Below, in pieces: positions 28,213 to 38,377 of a DNA stretch of 64,000 nucleotides. The DNA comes from Treponemataceae bacterium (lineage in GTDB: Bacteria > Spirochaetota > Spirochaetia > Treponematales > Rectinemataceae). The position numbers and the translations under genes are program-made. The notes under the pieces are model-generated. The model was not told the DNA's origin. It did no database searches and saw only the letters and a program-made list of their open reading frames with translations. The DNA lies in contig CAXXGJ010000038.1 of the NCBI GenBank assembly GCA_963677895.2, positions 606,826-670,825 on the forward strand, read 5' to 3'. Position 1 is the first letter of the stretch. The number at the start of each line of letters is the position of its first letter.

Positions 28213-29931
28213 ATGAACAAAGACCTTATCGATACCGCGGCCGGAAAGGTTCCGTGCGACCTCAACATCAGAAACTGCACGATCGTCGATGTGCTCGGCG
28301 GTACCTTCATCGAGAAGGCCACGGTATCGGTTCGCAGCGGCAGGATCGTCGGGGTGAACGACGGTCTCGAAGCCAAGGCCGAGATCGATTTGGGCGGGAA
28401 ATTCCTCGCCCCCGGCCTGGTGGATGCCCATGTCCACATAGAATCGTCGCTGCTTACCCCTGCCGAATATTCCCGCGTCGTCCTGCCTCACGGCACCACG
28501 ACGGTGGTGGCCGATCCTCACGAAATCGTCAACGTCATGGGCTACGACGGCATGCGCTTCATGCTGGCCGCCTCGGACAACCTTCCCCTGGATATTTTCT
28601 TCATGGTTCCGTCCTGCGTGCCGGCCACCGAGTTCGATACGGCGGGCGCGGCGCTCTATGCCTCCGACATGTACCCCTTTCTCCAGGACAAAAGGGTTCT
28701 CGGCCTGGGCGAAGTGATGAATTACCCGGGCGTCCTGGCGCGCGAACAGCGGCTCATGGACAAGATCGCCCTCTTCACGAACGCGCATAAGCCCGTGGAC
28801 GGACACGCGCCGGGTCTTTCGGGGGCCGCCCTCTCGGCTTACATACTGGCCGGAATCGGCTCGGACCACGAGTGCACGACGCCCGCGGAGGCGGCGGAAA
28901 AGCTGTCCAAGGGCATGTATATCATGCTCAGGGAGGGTTCGACGGCCCGCGACCTGGGTCATCTCATCTCGGTCATAACGCCTTCCTCGGTATCCAGATT
29001 CATGATCTGCTCGGACGACAGGCATTCCAACGACCTGCGCGACGAAGGCCACATGGACCACGCGCTCAGGCTTCTCCTCGCGGGTGGCGTGGCGCCCGTG
29101 GACGCCTTCAGGATAGCGGCGGCCAACCCCGCCCAGTGGTTCGGGATGAAGGACATCGGCGTGATCGCGCCGGGATGCAAGGCCGATTTCGTCGCTTTTT
29201 CCTCATTCAAGGATTTCAGGGCGGAGATGGTGTTCAAGCGCGGCCGTCTCATCGCCGAAAACGGAGTTCTCCTGGAAAATTTCCCGCCGCGGCAGGTTTC
29301 GCTCCGGGACTCGGTGAACATCAAGTGGCTTACGGCGGGGGATTTCGTCATCCCCGACCAGGGCAAGAAGATCCGCGTCATCGAAGCCAGGCAGGATTCC
29401 ATCATCACCGGCCATCTCGTGGAAAAGCCGACGGTAAGGAACGGCGAATGCGTCTCCGATCCTGAACGGGACCTCATCAAGATATTCGTGATCGAGCGTC
29501 ACATCGGCTCGGGGCGCATCGGCAAGGGTTTCATCAGGGGGCTCGGCCTGAAGCGCGGCGCCATCGGCGGCACGATCAGCCACGACTCGCACAACATGAT
29601 CATCGCTGGCGTGGACGACACCTCCATTTTCAAGGCGGCCCGGCATCTCAACAAGATGAAGGGCGGTCTCGTCTATGCCGTGGGCAACGATATAATCCTC
29701 GATCTCCCGCTTCCTGTTGGGGGTCTCATGAGCGATCAAAACGCCGACTTCGTCATCGAGAGGCTTCGCGCTTTCGAGGAAATATTCATCCGCGAAGGCT
29801 TGACGAACCATTCGCCGCTGATGACTCTTTCTTTCATGGCCCTTCCCGTGATTCCCAGTCTCAAGATCACGGATGTGGGGCTCATCGACGTGGACCGCTT
29901 CGCGCCGGTGGATCTCTATGTGGATGAGTGA
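28213..29931 (+). CDS. ade: Adenine deaminase
   Basis: DAHVHIESS, DPHEI.NV, PSCVPAT, EVMN.PG, DGHAP, DHE, HDSHN, L.VIP.LK.TD. Confidence 0.95.
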   Translation: MNKDLIDTAAGKVPCDLNIRNCTIVDVLGGTFIEKATVSVRSGRIVGVNDGLEAKAEIDLGGKFLAPGLVDAHVHIESSLLTPAEYSRVVLPHGTTTVVADPHEIVNVMGYDGMRFMLAASDNLPLDIFFMVPSCVPATEFDTAGAALYASDMYPFLQDKRVLGLGEVMNYPGVLAREQRLMDKIALFTNAHKPVDGHAPGLSGAALSAYILAGIGSDHECTTPAEAAEKLSKGMYIMLREGSTARDLGHLISVITPSSVSRFMICSDDRHSNDLRDEGHMDHALRLLLAGGVAPVDAFRIAAANPAQWFGMKDIGVIAPGCKADFVAFSSFKDFRAEMVFKRGRLIAENGVLLENFPPRQVSLRDSVNIKWLTAGDFVIPDQGKKIRVIEARQDSIITGHLVEKPTVRNGECVSDPERDLIKIFVIERHIGSGRIGKGFIRGLGLKRGAIGGTISHDSHNMIIAGVDDTSIFKAARHLNKMKGGLVYAVGNDIILDLPLPVGGLMSDQNADFVIERLRAFEEIFIREGLTNHSPLMTLSFMALPVIPSLKITDVGLIDVDRFAPVDLYVDE

Positions 29932-29962
29932 GAAAAAAGCGGGTAAGGAACAGATAATAAAG

Positions 29963-31624
29963 ATGGAAACGTTCAGGATATTCGTGAATGACGCCTGGGT
30001 CGAACCGAAAACGGGGCCCGGCACGCCCGCCCTCGACTTCATTCGGGGGGAGCTGGGGCTGACGGGAACGAAGGAAGGCTGCAGGGAGGGCGACTGCGGC
30101 GCCTGCGCCGTGCTGGTGGGGGAATTCGCCGCCGGCTGCGGAGACGGAGGCGACTGCGGCGGAGGCGCGCCGCGGTACCTGGCGGTACCGTCCTGCCTGC
30201 TGTCGCTGGGCGATCTCGCCGGAAAACACCTGATAACGATCGAAGGTTTGAGCGCTTCCGCGCCCGAGGGGCTGACTCCCGTGATGCAGGCCTTCCTGGA
30301 AGAAAACGCGAGCCAGTGCGGATTCTGCAGCCCCGGCTTCGTCGTCAGCCTGAGCGCCTGGCTTGCGGGTCCGGGCAGGCCGGATCTGGCGGGAGCCATG
30401 ATCGCCGCTGACGGCAACCTGTGCCGATGCACCGGGTATGGCGCCATAAGGAGAGCCGCCGAATGCCTCGCGAGGGAGTTCGGGGAACTGCCGCGGGATC
30501 CCACGGAGCGCCTGAAAGCGCTCGTGGAGAAAAGCGTGCTGCCGCGCTCGGTCCTCGCTTTTATGGCAGAGGCGAGACCCATGGTAAGTACCGAGACGAA
30601 GGTTTCGGCGGACAACGCGCCGGAGGCAGCCGACTCGCCGGATGGGGCCGACTTGCTGGAGGCGGCCACCTTGGTCGCCCTGGGCGGCGGAACCGACTAC
30701 TATGTCAGGAATCCCTATCCGGCCGGCGATTTCAGGCCTCTACGCCTCCGCTCGTCCGATGATTTCAAGAAAATCGCCCGGATAAAATCCGCTGGTTCTC
30801 CGTGGATCAGGATAGGCGCCGCCGTGACCCTGCGCGATTTTTTCGCCTCCCTGTTGGTGCGGGAAGCCGCCCCCGGCATCGATACTTACGAAGGACAGTT
30901 CGCCAGCACGTTGATCAGGAATATCGCCACCGTAGGGGGCAACATCGCCAACGCTTCGCCCGTGGGGGACATCACCTCCATGCTGATGGCTCTGGGCGCG
31001 AGGCTGGAAATTGGCGGGTACGCGGCTCAATCGGGCGGGTACGCCGGCGCGGCCGCAGGCGCCGACGCCGGCCCGGCCGCGGGCGCTGAAGCCGGATCGC
31101 GGCTCATTCCCATCGAGGATTTTTTCACAGGCTACAAGACGACGGCGCTCCGGAAAAACGAAATCATACGCGCCATTCTGATACCGGACGCGCGAAAACG
31201 CCCCGATGAATCGGGCGGCCAATCGGGCGCTCCGGGGGCAAGGTCGGGGCTCCTGTTTTCCTTCGAGAAGATCGCGAAAAGGGAAAAACTCGATATCGCG
31301 GCGGTCAATACGGCCATTTCATTCCGTGTCGAGGAGGGCTTCGCGCGCGGAGTCAGGATCAGCGCTGGCGGCGTCGCCGCCGTTCCGACGCTGCTGAGGA
31401 AGGCTTCGGCGGCGCTGGAGGGTGCGGCTATCGACAGGAAGGACGCGAAGGCTCTGGCGAGACTCGCCAGGGAGGTCGGCTCGGCCGCCGAAGCCGAAAT
31501 CTCGCCCATTGGCGACGTTCGAGGTTCGGCTTCCTACCGGAAAAGGATGACGGGCAGGCTCGTGCTGGCCCATTTCGTCCGCCTCTTCGGCGCCGACGGC
31601 ATCGCGAAGGAGCTGTTTCCATGA
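29963..31624 (+). CDS. xdhA: Xanthine dehydrogenase small subunit (2x[2Fe-2S] plus FAD)
   Basis: GTKEGC.EGDCGAC, SQCGFC.PG, GNLCRCTGY, GGTD, GGNIANASP.GD, K..KR...DI; alternative start 29924. Confidence 0.88.
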   Translation: METFRIFVNDAWVEPKTGPGTPALDFIRGELGLTGTKEGCREGDCGACAVLVGEFAAGCGDGGDCGGGAPRYLAVPSCLLSLGDLAGKHLITIEGLSASAPEGLTPVMQAFLEENASQCGFCSPGFVVSLSAWLAGPGRPDLAGAMIAADGNLCRCTGYGAIRRAAECLAREFGELPRDPTERLKALVEKSVLPRSVLAFMAEARPMVSTETKVSADNAPEAADSPDGADLLEAATLVALGGGTDYYVRNPYPAGDFRPLRLRSSDDFKKIARIKSAGSPWIRIGAAVTLRDFFASLLVREAAPGIDTYEGQFASTLIRNIATVGGNIANASPVGDITSMLMALGARLEIGGYAAQSGGYAGAAAGADAGPAAGAEAGSRLIPIEDFFTGYKTTALRKNEIIRAILIPDARKRPDESGGQSGAPGARSGLLFSFEKIAKREKLDIAAVNTAISFRVEEGFARGVRISAGGVAAVPTLLRKASAALEGAAIDRKDAKALARLAREVGSAAEAEISPIGDVRGSASYRKRMTGRLVLAHFVRLFGADGIAKELFP

Positions 31625-33885
31625 AAACCATCGCCGAATCCGCCCTGAACCTGAGGGGCGCCACGAGATATATCGACGACCTGCCCGAGCCCAGGGACTG
31701 CCTCCAGGCCGCGGCGAAGCTCTCCGAGAGCGCGCACGGACGGATATTGTCCATCGACGCCTCGGCGGCCCTCGCCCTCGATCCCTCGGTCAGGGTGATC
31801 ACCGCCAAGGATGTGCCGGGCCAGAACCAGATAGGCTTCAATAAGCCGGATGAACCGCTCCTTCCCGACGAAGAATGGGAATACTGGGGACAGCCTATAG
31901 CGCTCGTGCTCGCGAGGACGCGCTCGCTCGCGAGGAGAGCGGCCGCTGCCGTCCGGGTCAGCGGCGAGAACTTGCCGGCCGTGTTCGATCCGAGGGAAGC
32001 GGCCGCCGCCGCCGATTTCATACTGCCCTCGCGGACGATCAAGTGTGGAGAGCCCGAATCCGCTTTCGCGAGCTGCGTCCATGTGGTTTCGGGGCGAGTG
32101 GATTCGGGCGGCCAGGAGCATGTCTACCTCGAAACGCAGGGAGCTTACGCGGAGATCCGCGACGACAGAAAGGTCTTCGTCATTTCGAGCACGCAGGGTC
32201 CGACCGGCGTCCAGCGCGCCGTGGCGCAGTCCCTGGGCCTCGCCATGAACATGGTGGAAGTGGAAGCGCGCCGTCTTGGCGGAGGCTTCGGCGGCAAGGA
32301 AGATCAGGCCGCCATATGGGGCTCCCTCGCGGCGCTGGGAGCCTGGGTAAGCAGAAAACCCGTCAAGCTCTACCTCGACCGGCGTGTGGATATGCAAGCC
32401 ACAGGGAAAAGGCATCCCTACTCAAGCGATTTCCGGATAGGCGCCGACGCCGACGGAAGGCTTCTGGCTTTCGAGGCCGACTACTACCAGAACTCCGGCT
32501 GCACCTGCGACCTTTCTCCCGCCATTCTCTCCAGAACCCTCCTCCACGCGACAGGCGCCTACAAAATTCCCAACGTGAGGGTGACGGGCAACATGTGCCG
32601 CACGAACCTGCCCTCCTTCACCGCCTTCCGCGGTTTCGGGGCTCCACAGGGCTTCTTCGTCATAGAAGCCGCCCTGGACGCTCTCGCTCGCTCCATGGGA
32701 ATGGACAGGGTCGAACTCCAGCGCAGAAATCTCTACCGCGAAGGGGATTCTACCTATTTCGGCATGCCGCTCGAGCGCGTGCGCGCAGAGGAGTCCTTCG
32801 ACAGGCTTCTCGAGAAAGTCTCCTGGAAGGAGCTTCGCGCCGACATCGAAGCCTTCAACGCCTCGAACAGCCTGGAAAAAAGAGGCGCCGCCATTCTTCC
32901 CCTCTGTTTCGGCATTTCCTTCACGAAGCTGCCGATGAACCAGGCGGGAGCCCTCGTGCATGTATACACGGACGGCTCCGTCCTCGTCTCGACAGGCGCC
33001 ATCGAGATGGGCCAGCAGGTGTCGCGGAAAATCGCGCTGATCGCCGCGAAGACCCTGGGTATTCCCCAGGAAAGGGTTTCCGTGGAACGCACCACGACCC
33101 TGACCGTGGCCAACACCGTCCCCACGGCGGCGAGCACGGGCAGCGACCTCAACGGCATGGCGGCAAAAATCGCCTGCGAGAAAATCAAGACAAGGCTGGC
33201 GGCGAAAGCGGCGTCCATGTTAGGCGTCGATCCCTCTTCGATCGAAATAAAGGACGGAAAGATCCTCGTCGATAGGAAATCGAGCGCGCTCGGCTGGAAC
33301 GAACTCGTCGCGGCGGCGAACGAGGCGAGGATAGATCTCTCGGCTCACGGTTTCTATTCGACGCCGGGGCTTTTCTATGATATGAAGGCTGAGCGCGGGA
33401 CGCCCTTCGCCTATCATGTTTACGGCGCTGCCTGTCTCACGGCGCGGGTCGATCTCGTCCACGCGACCTGTAGGATAGAATCGGCGACCATCGTCCACGA
33501 CTCGGGCAACAGCCTGGACGAGCGCGTCGACATCGGGCAGATCGAGGGCGCCTTCGCCCAGGGCTTAGGCTGGACGCTCCTCGAGGATCTCCGCTTCGGC
33601 GCAGACGGCAGGCCATTGTCGGATACGCTCTCGACCTACAAGCTCCCGAACGATTCCTTCCTGCCCGAGAAGATAGAGATAGAATTGATGTCCGACATGG
33701 ACAATCCCTTTGCTCCCTTCAACTCGAAGGCCGTGGGCGAACCGCCCCTGCAGTACGGCATTGCGGCTTACTTCGCCGTCCTGGACGCGTTGCGGGCGGC
33801 GAAACCGGACGGAAAGACGACCTACGATATTCCCTTCATCCCCGAAAAAATCGAGGCTTTCCTGAGCGGGGAGGGCTTATGCTGA
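31621..33885 (+). CDS. xdhB: Xanthine dehydrogenase molybdopterin subunit
   Basis: GGQEH.YLE, GGGFGGKE, AFRGFG.PQG, TAAS.GSD.NG, GQIEG, KAVGEPP. Confidence 0.92.
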   Translation: MKTIAESALNLRGATRYIDDLPEPRDCLQAAAKLSESAHGRILSIDASAALALDPSVRVITAKDVPGQNQIGFNKPDEPLLPDEEWEYWGQPIALVLARTRSLARRAAAAVRVSGENLPAVFDPREAAAAADFILPSRTIKCGEPESAFASCVHVVSGRVDSGGQEHVYLETQGAYAEIRDDRKVFVISSTQGPTGVQRAVAQSLGLAMNMVEVEARRLGGGFGGKEDQAAIWGSLAALGAWVSRKPVKLYLDRRVDMQATGKRHPYSSDFRIGADADGRLLAFEADYYQNSGCTCDLSPAILSRTLLHATGAYKIPNVRVTGNMCRTNLPSFTAFRGFGAPQGFFVIEAALDALARSMGMDRVELQRRNLYREGDSTYFGMPLERVRAEESFDRLLEKVSWKELRADIEAFNASNSLEKRGAAILPLCFGISFTKLPMNQAGALVHVYTDGSVLVSTGAIEMGQQVSRKIALIAAKTLGIPQERVSVERTTTLTVANTVPTAASTGSDLNGMAAKIACEKIKTRLAAKAASMLGVDPSSIEIKDGKILVDRKSSALGWNELVAAANEARIDLSAHGFYSTPGLFYDMKAERGTPFAYHVYGAACLTARVDLVHATCRIESATIVHDSGNSLDERVDIGQIEGAFAQGLGWTLLEDLRFGADGRPLSDTLSTYKLPNDSFLPEKIEIELMSDMDNPFAPFNSKAVGEPPLQYGIAAYFAVLDALRAAKPDGKTTYDIPFIPEKIEAFLSGEGLC

Positions 33886-35249
33886 TCGCGAACGCCCTGG
33901 CAGCCCTACCCGGTGAGAAGGATTTCCGCAGGGCCGACATTCTCGTGCGCGAGGGAAAAATCGCCCGTATCGCCGCCGCGGGAAGCCTCGCCGATCTATC
34001 GTCGGCCGACGAGGAAACGATCGACGCGACCGGGCTCATGATGTTCCCCGGAGCCATAGATCCCCATGTCCACTTCGACGAGCCGGGGTTCACGCAGAGA
34101 GAGGACTTTCTCCACGGCAGCTCCGAAGCGGCGCGCGGCGGCGTGACGACGGTGATCGACATGCCCTGCACCTCCCTGCCGCCTGTCACGAGCCTCGCCG
34201 CGCTGAAGAACAAGCTCGCCATTGTCTCGAAAAGCGCGGTGGTCGATTTCGCCTTTTACGGCGGCGTCAACGGTCTCTTCGACGACGCGTCGATGGATCT
34301 GGCGATCGACGCCCTCGCCTCGCGCGTCGTCGGCTTCAAGTGCTATTTCGTGTCGGGAATGGACAGTTTCACGGCGGTCACGCCGGCCCAGTTCGCCAGG
34401 GCTTACGAACGCTGCGCGGCAGCCGGCAGGCCGCTTCTCCTCCACGCCGAGGATCCAGGCGTGATAGCGGCGGCCCAGGCCGCCCTGAGCGCGGCTCGAG
34501 GCGGAAAGGCTCCCGCTTGGAAGGATTACTATGCCTCGCGCCCCATGGAGGCCGAAACGGCGGCCTGCTCCGCCGCGCTGCGGCTTGCCGGAGCGCGGCC
34601 GCAATGGCTCCACATCGTCCACGTCGGCACGGCCGAGGCGGCCGCGCTCGTCGCCGCCTCAGGCGCGAGCTGCGAAACCTGCGCCCACTACCTCGCCTTC
34701 GACGAGGATGATTTCGAAACCCTGGGGGCGGCGCTCAAGACAGCCCCGCCGGTCAAGGAAGCTTCCCAGAAAGCCCTGCTCTGGAAGCAGCTCGCGGAAG
34801 GCGCGATATCCTTCGTGGCGTCTGACCATGCCGGCGCGCCCGACTACGAAAAATTCACGGGCGACCCTTTGAGCGCCTATGGCGGTATTCCCGGCACTGG
34901 CACCTTCTTTCCCTACCTCCTTTCCGAAGGTCTCTTCGCCAAAAGGCTCAGCCTCCCCCGCTTCCTCGAAGCGACCTCGGGAGCAGCCGCGGCCCGCTAC
35001 GGAATTTCGGGCGGCAAGGGCTCGCTCGCCGAAGGCAAGGACGCGGACTTCGTCCTCGTGGACCCAGAAGCCAGCACCCTTCTCGACCCGGCTTCGATGT
35101 ACAGCAAGAGTCGCATAACGCCTTTCGCGGGCATGCGGCTTGCCGGCAGGATCGCGGGAACCTTCGTCAGGGGATCTCGTGTCTACGGCGCGGGCGGAAT
35201 ACTCGCCCTTCCGGGCAGCGGAAAATTCATCCAATGGGGTTATCGATGA
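33879..35249 (+). CDS. Allantoinase/dihydropyrimidinase-like cyclic amidohydrolase
   Basis: D.HVHF.EPG, AA.GGVTTVIDMP, GFKC, HAED, H.VH, SDHA. Confidence 0.8.
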   Translation: MLIANALAALPGEKDFRRADILVREGKIARIAAAGSLADLSSADEETIDATGLMMFPGAIDPHVHFDEPGFTQREDFLHGSSEAARGGVTTVIDMPCTSLPPVTSLAALKNKLAIVSKSAVVDFAFYGGVNGLFDDASMDLAIDALASRVVGFKCYFVSGMDSFTAVTPAQFARAYERCAAAGRPLLLHAEDPGVIAAAQAALSAARGGKAPAWKDYYASRPMEAETAACSAALRLAGARPQWLHIVHVGTAEAAALVAASGASCETCAHYLAFDEDDFETLGAALKTAPPVKEASQKALLWKQLAEGAISFVASDHAGAPDYEKFTGDPLSAYGGIPGTGTFFPYLLSEGLFAKRLSLPRFLEATSGAAAARYGISGGKGSLAEGKDADFVLVDPEASTLLDPASMYSKSRITPFAGMRLAGRIAGTFVRGSRVYGAGGILALPGSGKFIQWGYR

Positions 35250-38200
35250 GCAAAATCATGAAAACGACCTCGCTTTCGGCGCTTCTCGCGCGGGCGGCGG
35301 GAGAATTCGCGGCCAAGGATTCAATCTACGAAATCCCGGGAAGCGTTTTCCGCGGAATCTTCGATCTGGAAGCGGAGAGCCCGGGACTCACGGTCATGTC
35401 GGGAAGGGCAAGCATCCCCGTTGGCCCAGCCGCCGGCCCCCATACGCAGATTGCCCCGAACATCCTCGCCGCGTACTTGTCGGGAGCTCGCGTCTTCGAA
35501 CTCAAGACCGTCCAGCAGAACGACCGCCTCGATATCGACAAGCCATGCATCGACGCGCTGGACGAGGGACACAATGTCGAATGGTCGACTGAACTGAGCC
35601 TGGAGGAAGCCAGGAAGGAATATATCGACGCATGGATCGCGGTGAATCTCTTCTCCTTCCTCTGGTCCCGCAAGCCCACCGAGTTCTTCTTCAACATGTC
35701 GGTCGGCTACACGCTCGACGGGATAAAAAGCGGGAAGGTCGATGCCTTCATCGAGGGGATGAGGCGACCGGAAACCACCGAGTATTGGTCGAAGGCGATG
35801 GCGGAACTCGAACATTTCATCGCGGGCGAGCCTTTCGCCCGGGCATTCGGCGACGCGCTGGCCGAGAAGGCGAGAACCCTCGCCGCGCACATGCCGGTGC
35901 GGCCCGTTCACTCGGTGACGCTCTCCACGATGCACGGCTGCCCGCCTGAGGAAATCGAACGCATAGGCCTCTATCTGATAGAAGAGAAAGGCTTCGACAC
36001 CTATATCAAGCTCAATCCCACCCTCCTCGGCTTCGACGAGGCGCGGCGGATTCTGGACAGCCTGGGCTGGGACGATATTGTCATCAAAAGGGAGACTTTC
36101 GAACACGACCTGCAGTTCGACGCCGCCCTCGCCCTCGTCAAGAAACTGGGCGAGACGGCTCAGGCAAGGGGCCGCCGGTTCGGCATCAAGCTTTCGAACA
36201 CCCTCGCCAACGCCAACGACGGCGCGAATCTCCCCGGACAGGAGCGCTATATGTCCGGACGGGCGCTTTTCCCCATCACCATGAAGCTCGCGGCAAAGAT
36301 AGCTAAAGCCCTCCCCGATCCGGGAATGCGCATCTCTTACTGCGGCGGCGTTTCGGCGCTCAACGCCGCTGACCTCATCGCCGCGGGGCTCGGGCCTCTT
36401 ACTGTCGCCACCGACATTCTGAAACCAGGTGGATACCTGCGCCTGGCGCAGATCGCGAGGGAAGCCGTCGGCGCCCTGCCTCTCCCGCTTGAGCCGAGGT
36501 TGACCAGCCCCGAGGCTCTGGAATCCCTGGCCGAGGCCGCTCTCGGAAGACCCGAGTATCGAAAAGGGTGGAAGGCGGGCAAGGCTTCCATCGCGAAGAA
36601 ACTGCCGCTCTATGACTGCTTCGCCGCCCCCTGCATCGAAGCCTGCCCCGTAAACCAGAAGGCGCCGTCCTATATCAAGGCGCAGGGATCCGGCTTGAGC
36701 GAACAGGCTCTCGCCGCCATACTCTCTGACAATCCCCTCGCCCACATAACGGGCGTGCTCTGCGACCATGTCTGCCAGGAACATTGTTCCCGGCTCGATT
36801 ACGAGGGCTCGGTACGGATACGAGACGTGAAGCTGACAGCCGCGAGAGCCGCCGATCTGCCCGCGTCTCCCCTGCCCGAAGCGCTCTGCGTACCCGGAGG
36901 AAAAAGTGCCGTGATAGGCGCCGGGCCGGCCGGCCTCGCCTGCGCCTATTACCTGGCTTCGGCGCGCCACGACGTGAAAGTGTTCGACTCAGGCCCGGCG
37001 CCCGGAGGAGTCCCCGCCAACGTCATACCCGGCTTCAGGATCGCGAGGGAGGAAATCACCCGCGATATCGACAGGATAGCCTCCATGGGGGTCGAATTCG
37101 AATTCGGTCGGACCATCGCCTCGCTCGACGAACTCAAGAAGGAAGGCTACACGAGCTTCTTTGTCTGCACGGGGGCCGATTCCGCGCGCCAACTGACGTT
37201 GAAGGGTTCGGGGCTCAAGACCATGGACGCCCTCGAATTCCTGAAACGTTTCGGGGCAGAAGGCGCCGAAGCCTTCGCCGGTCTCCGCCATGTCATCGTG
37301 GCGGGCGGCGGCAACACTGCCTGCGACGCGGTGCGCGCCGCCACGCGCGTTCCCGGGATGGAATCCGTCCACCTTTCCTACAGAAGGACGCGCAAGGAAA
37401 TGCCCGCCGATCTGGAAGAACTGGAAAACGCGCTCAAGGAATCCAAGGCGCTCGCCGGCGAGCGGAATACGATGCTGGAACTCTCCCAACCCGAGGAAGC
37501 GAAGCCGGGCAGCCTCGTGCTGAGACGCATGGTCCTCGGCGAGAAGGACGCCTCCGGGCGACGTTCTCCCCTTCCCTCGGAGGAAACCTTCGAACTTCCC
37601 TGCGATCTCCTCATAACGGCGGTAGGCGAAGAGCCAGACGCGCGGCTTCTCGAGAAGCTGGGAGTACGTCTTGGAAGAAACCATCTGCCCATCGTTAATC
37701 CCGACACCATGGAAACCGAGGTGAAGGGCTTTTACGTCGGCGGCGACGCCAGACGCGGTCCTGCCTCCATCATCGCCGCGGAAGCCGACGGAAGGGCGGC
37801 CGCCAGGGCCATTCTCGCCGCCGAAGGATTCGTCCTGCCGACGGCCGATTACCGCCCGCCCCGCATGGACAAGTCCAAGCTGACGAAGCGTGGAGAGATC
37901 CTACCTTCCCTTGATTTCGACGATCCTAAATTCGCCGAGAGGGAGGCCGAACGCTGCCTCGCCTGCGACTCGGCGTGTTTACGCTGCGTCGAGGTCTGCC
38001 CCAACCGCGCCAACATGTTCATCGAATCCGGCCAGCCCTTCGCCCAGGATGCCCAGATCCTCCATCTGGACCGTCTCTGCAACGAATGCGGCAACTGCGG
38101 CTTCTTCTGCCCCTTCGAGGGGGAGCCATTCTCCGGCAAAGTCACTCTCTTCGACGGCGAGGAAGATCTCGCCGCCTCGAAGAACGCCGGATTCGCCTTC

Positions 38201-38377
38201 GTTTCCGAAGGCGGTCTCCCCAATCTTGTCCTGAGAACCGAGATCGGCGCTCCCCCGCATAGGCTCGATTACGCATCCTGGAACGGAGCGGTTTCCGCGC
38301 CGGCTGATTCGGCCATGGTGGCCTTCGCGCGCGAAGTCTACCGAACCCATCGCTATCTTCTGGAGGAAGCTCCATGA
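35246..38377 (+). CDS. ygfK: YgfK Fe-S/flavin oxidoreductase
   Basis: GPAAGPHTQ, ELKTVQ, KPCID, N.EWSTEL, STMHGCPP.EIE, KLNPTLLG, KL.NT, YMSGR; C-terminal 4Fe-4S motifs; ATGA overlap. Confidence 0.92.
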   Translation: MSKIMKTTSLSALLARAAGEFAAKDSIYEIPGSVFRGIFDLEAESPGLTVMSGRASIPVGPAAGPHTQIAPNILAAYLSGARVFELKTVQQNDRLDIDKPCIDALDEGHNVEWSTELSLEEARKEYIDAWIAVNLFSFLWSRKPTEFFFNMSVGYTLDGIKSGKVDAFIEGMRRPETTEYWSKAMAELEHFIAGEPFARAFGDALAEKARTLAAHMPVRPVHSVTLSTMHGCPPEEIERIGLYLIEEKGFDTYIKLNPTLLGFDEARRILDSLGWDDIVIKRETFEHDLQFDAALALVKKLGETAQARGRRFGIKLSNTLANANDGANLPGQERYMSGRALFPITMKLAAKIAKALPDPGMRISYCGGVSALNAADLIAAGLGPLTVATDILKPGGYLRLAQIAREAVGALPLPLEPRLTSPEALESLAEAALGRPEYRKGWKAGKASIAKKLPLYDCFAAPCIEACPVNQKAPSYIKAQGSGLSEQALAAILSDNPLAHITGVLCDHVCQEHCSRLDYEGSVRIRDVKLTAARAADLPASPLPEALCVPGGKSAVIGAGPAGLACAYYLASARHDVKVFDSGPAPGGVPANVIPGFRIAREEITRDIDRIASMGVEFEFGRTIASLDELKKEGYTSFFVCTGADSARQLTLKGSGLKTMDALEFLKRFGAEGAEAFAGLRHVIVAGGGNTACDAVRAATRVPGMESVHLSYRRTRKEMPADLEELENALKESKALAGERNTMLELSQPEEAKPGSLVLRRMVLGEKDASGRRSPLPSEETFELPCDLLITAVGEEPDARLLEKLGVRLGRNHLPIVNPDTMETEVKGFYVGGDARRGPASIIAAEADGRAAARAILAAEGFVLPTADYRPPRMDKSKLTKRGEILPSLDFDDPKFAEREAERCLACDSACLRCVEVCPNRANMFIESGQPFAQDAQILHLDRLCNECGNCGFFCPFEGEPFSGKVTLFDGEEDLAASKNAGFAFVSEGGLPNLVLRTEIGAPPHRLDYASWNGAVSAPADSAMVAFAREVYRTHRYLLEEAP

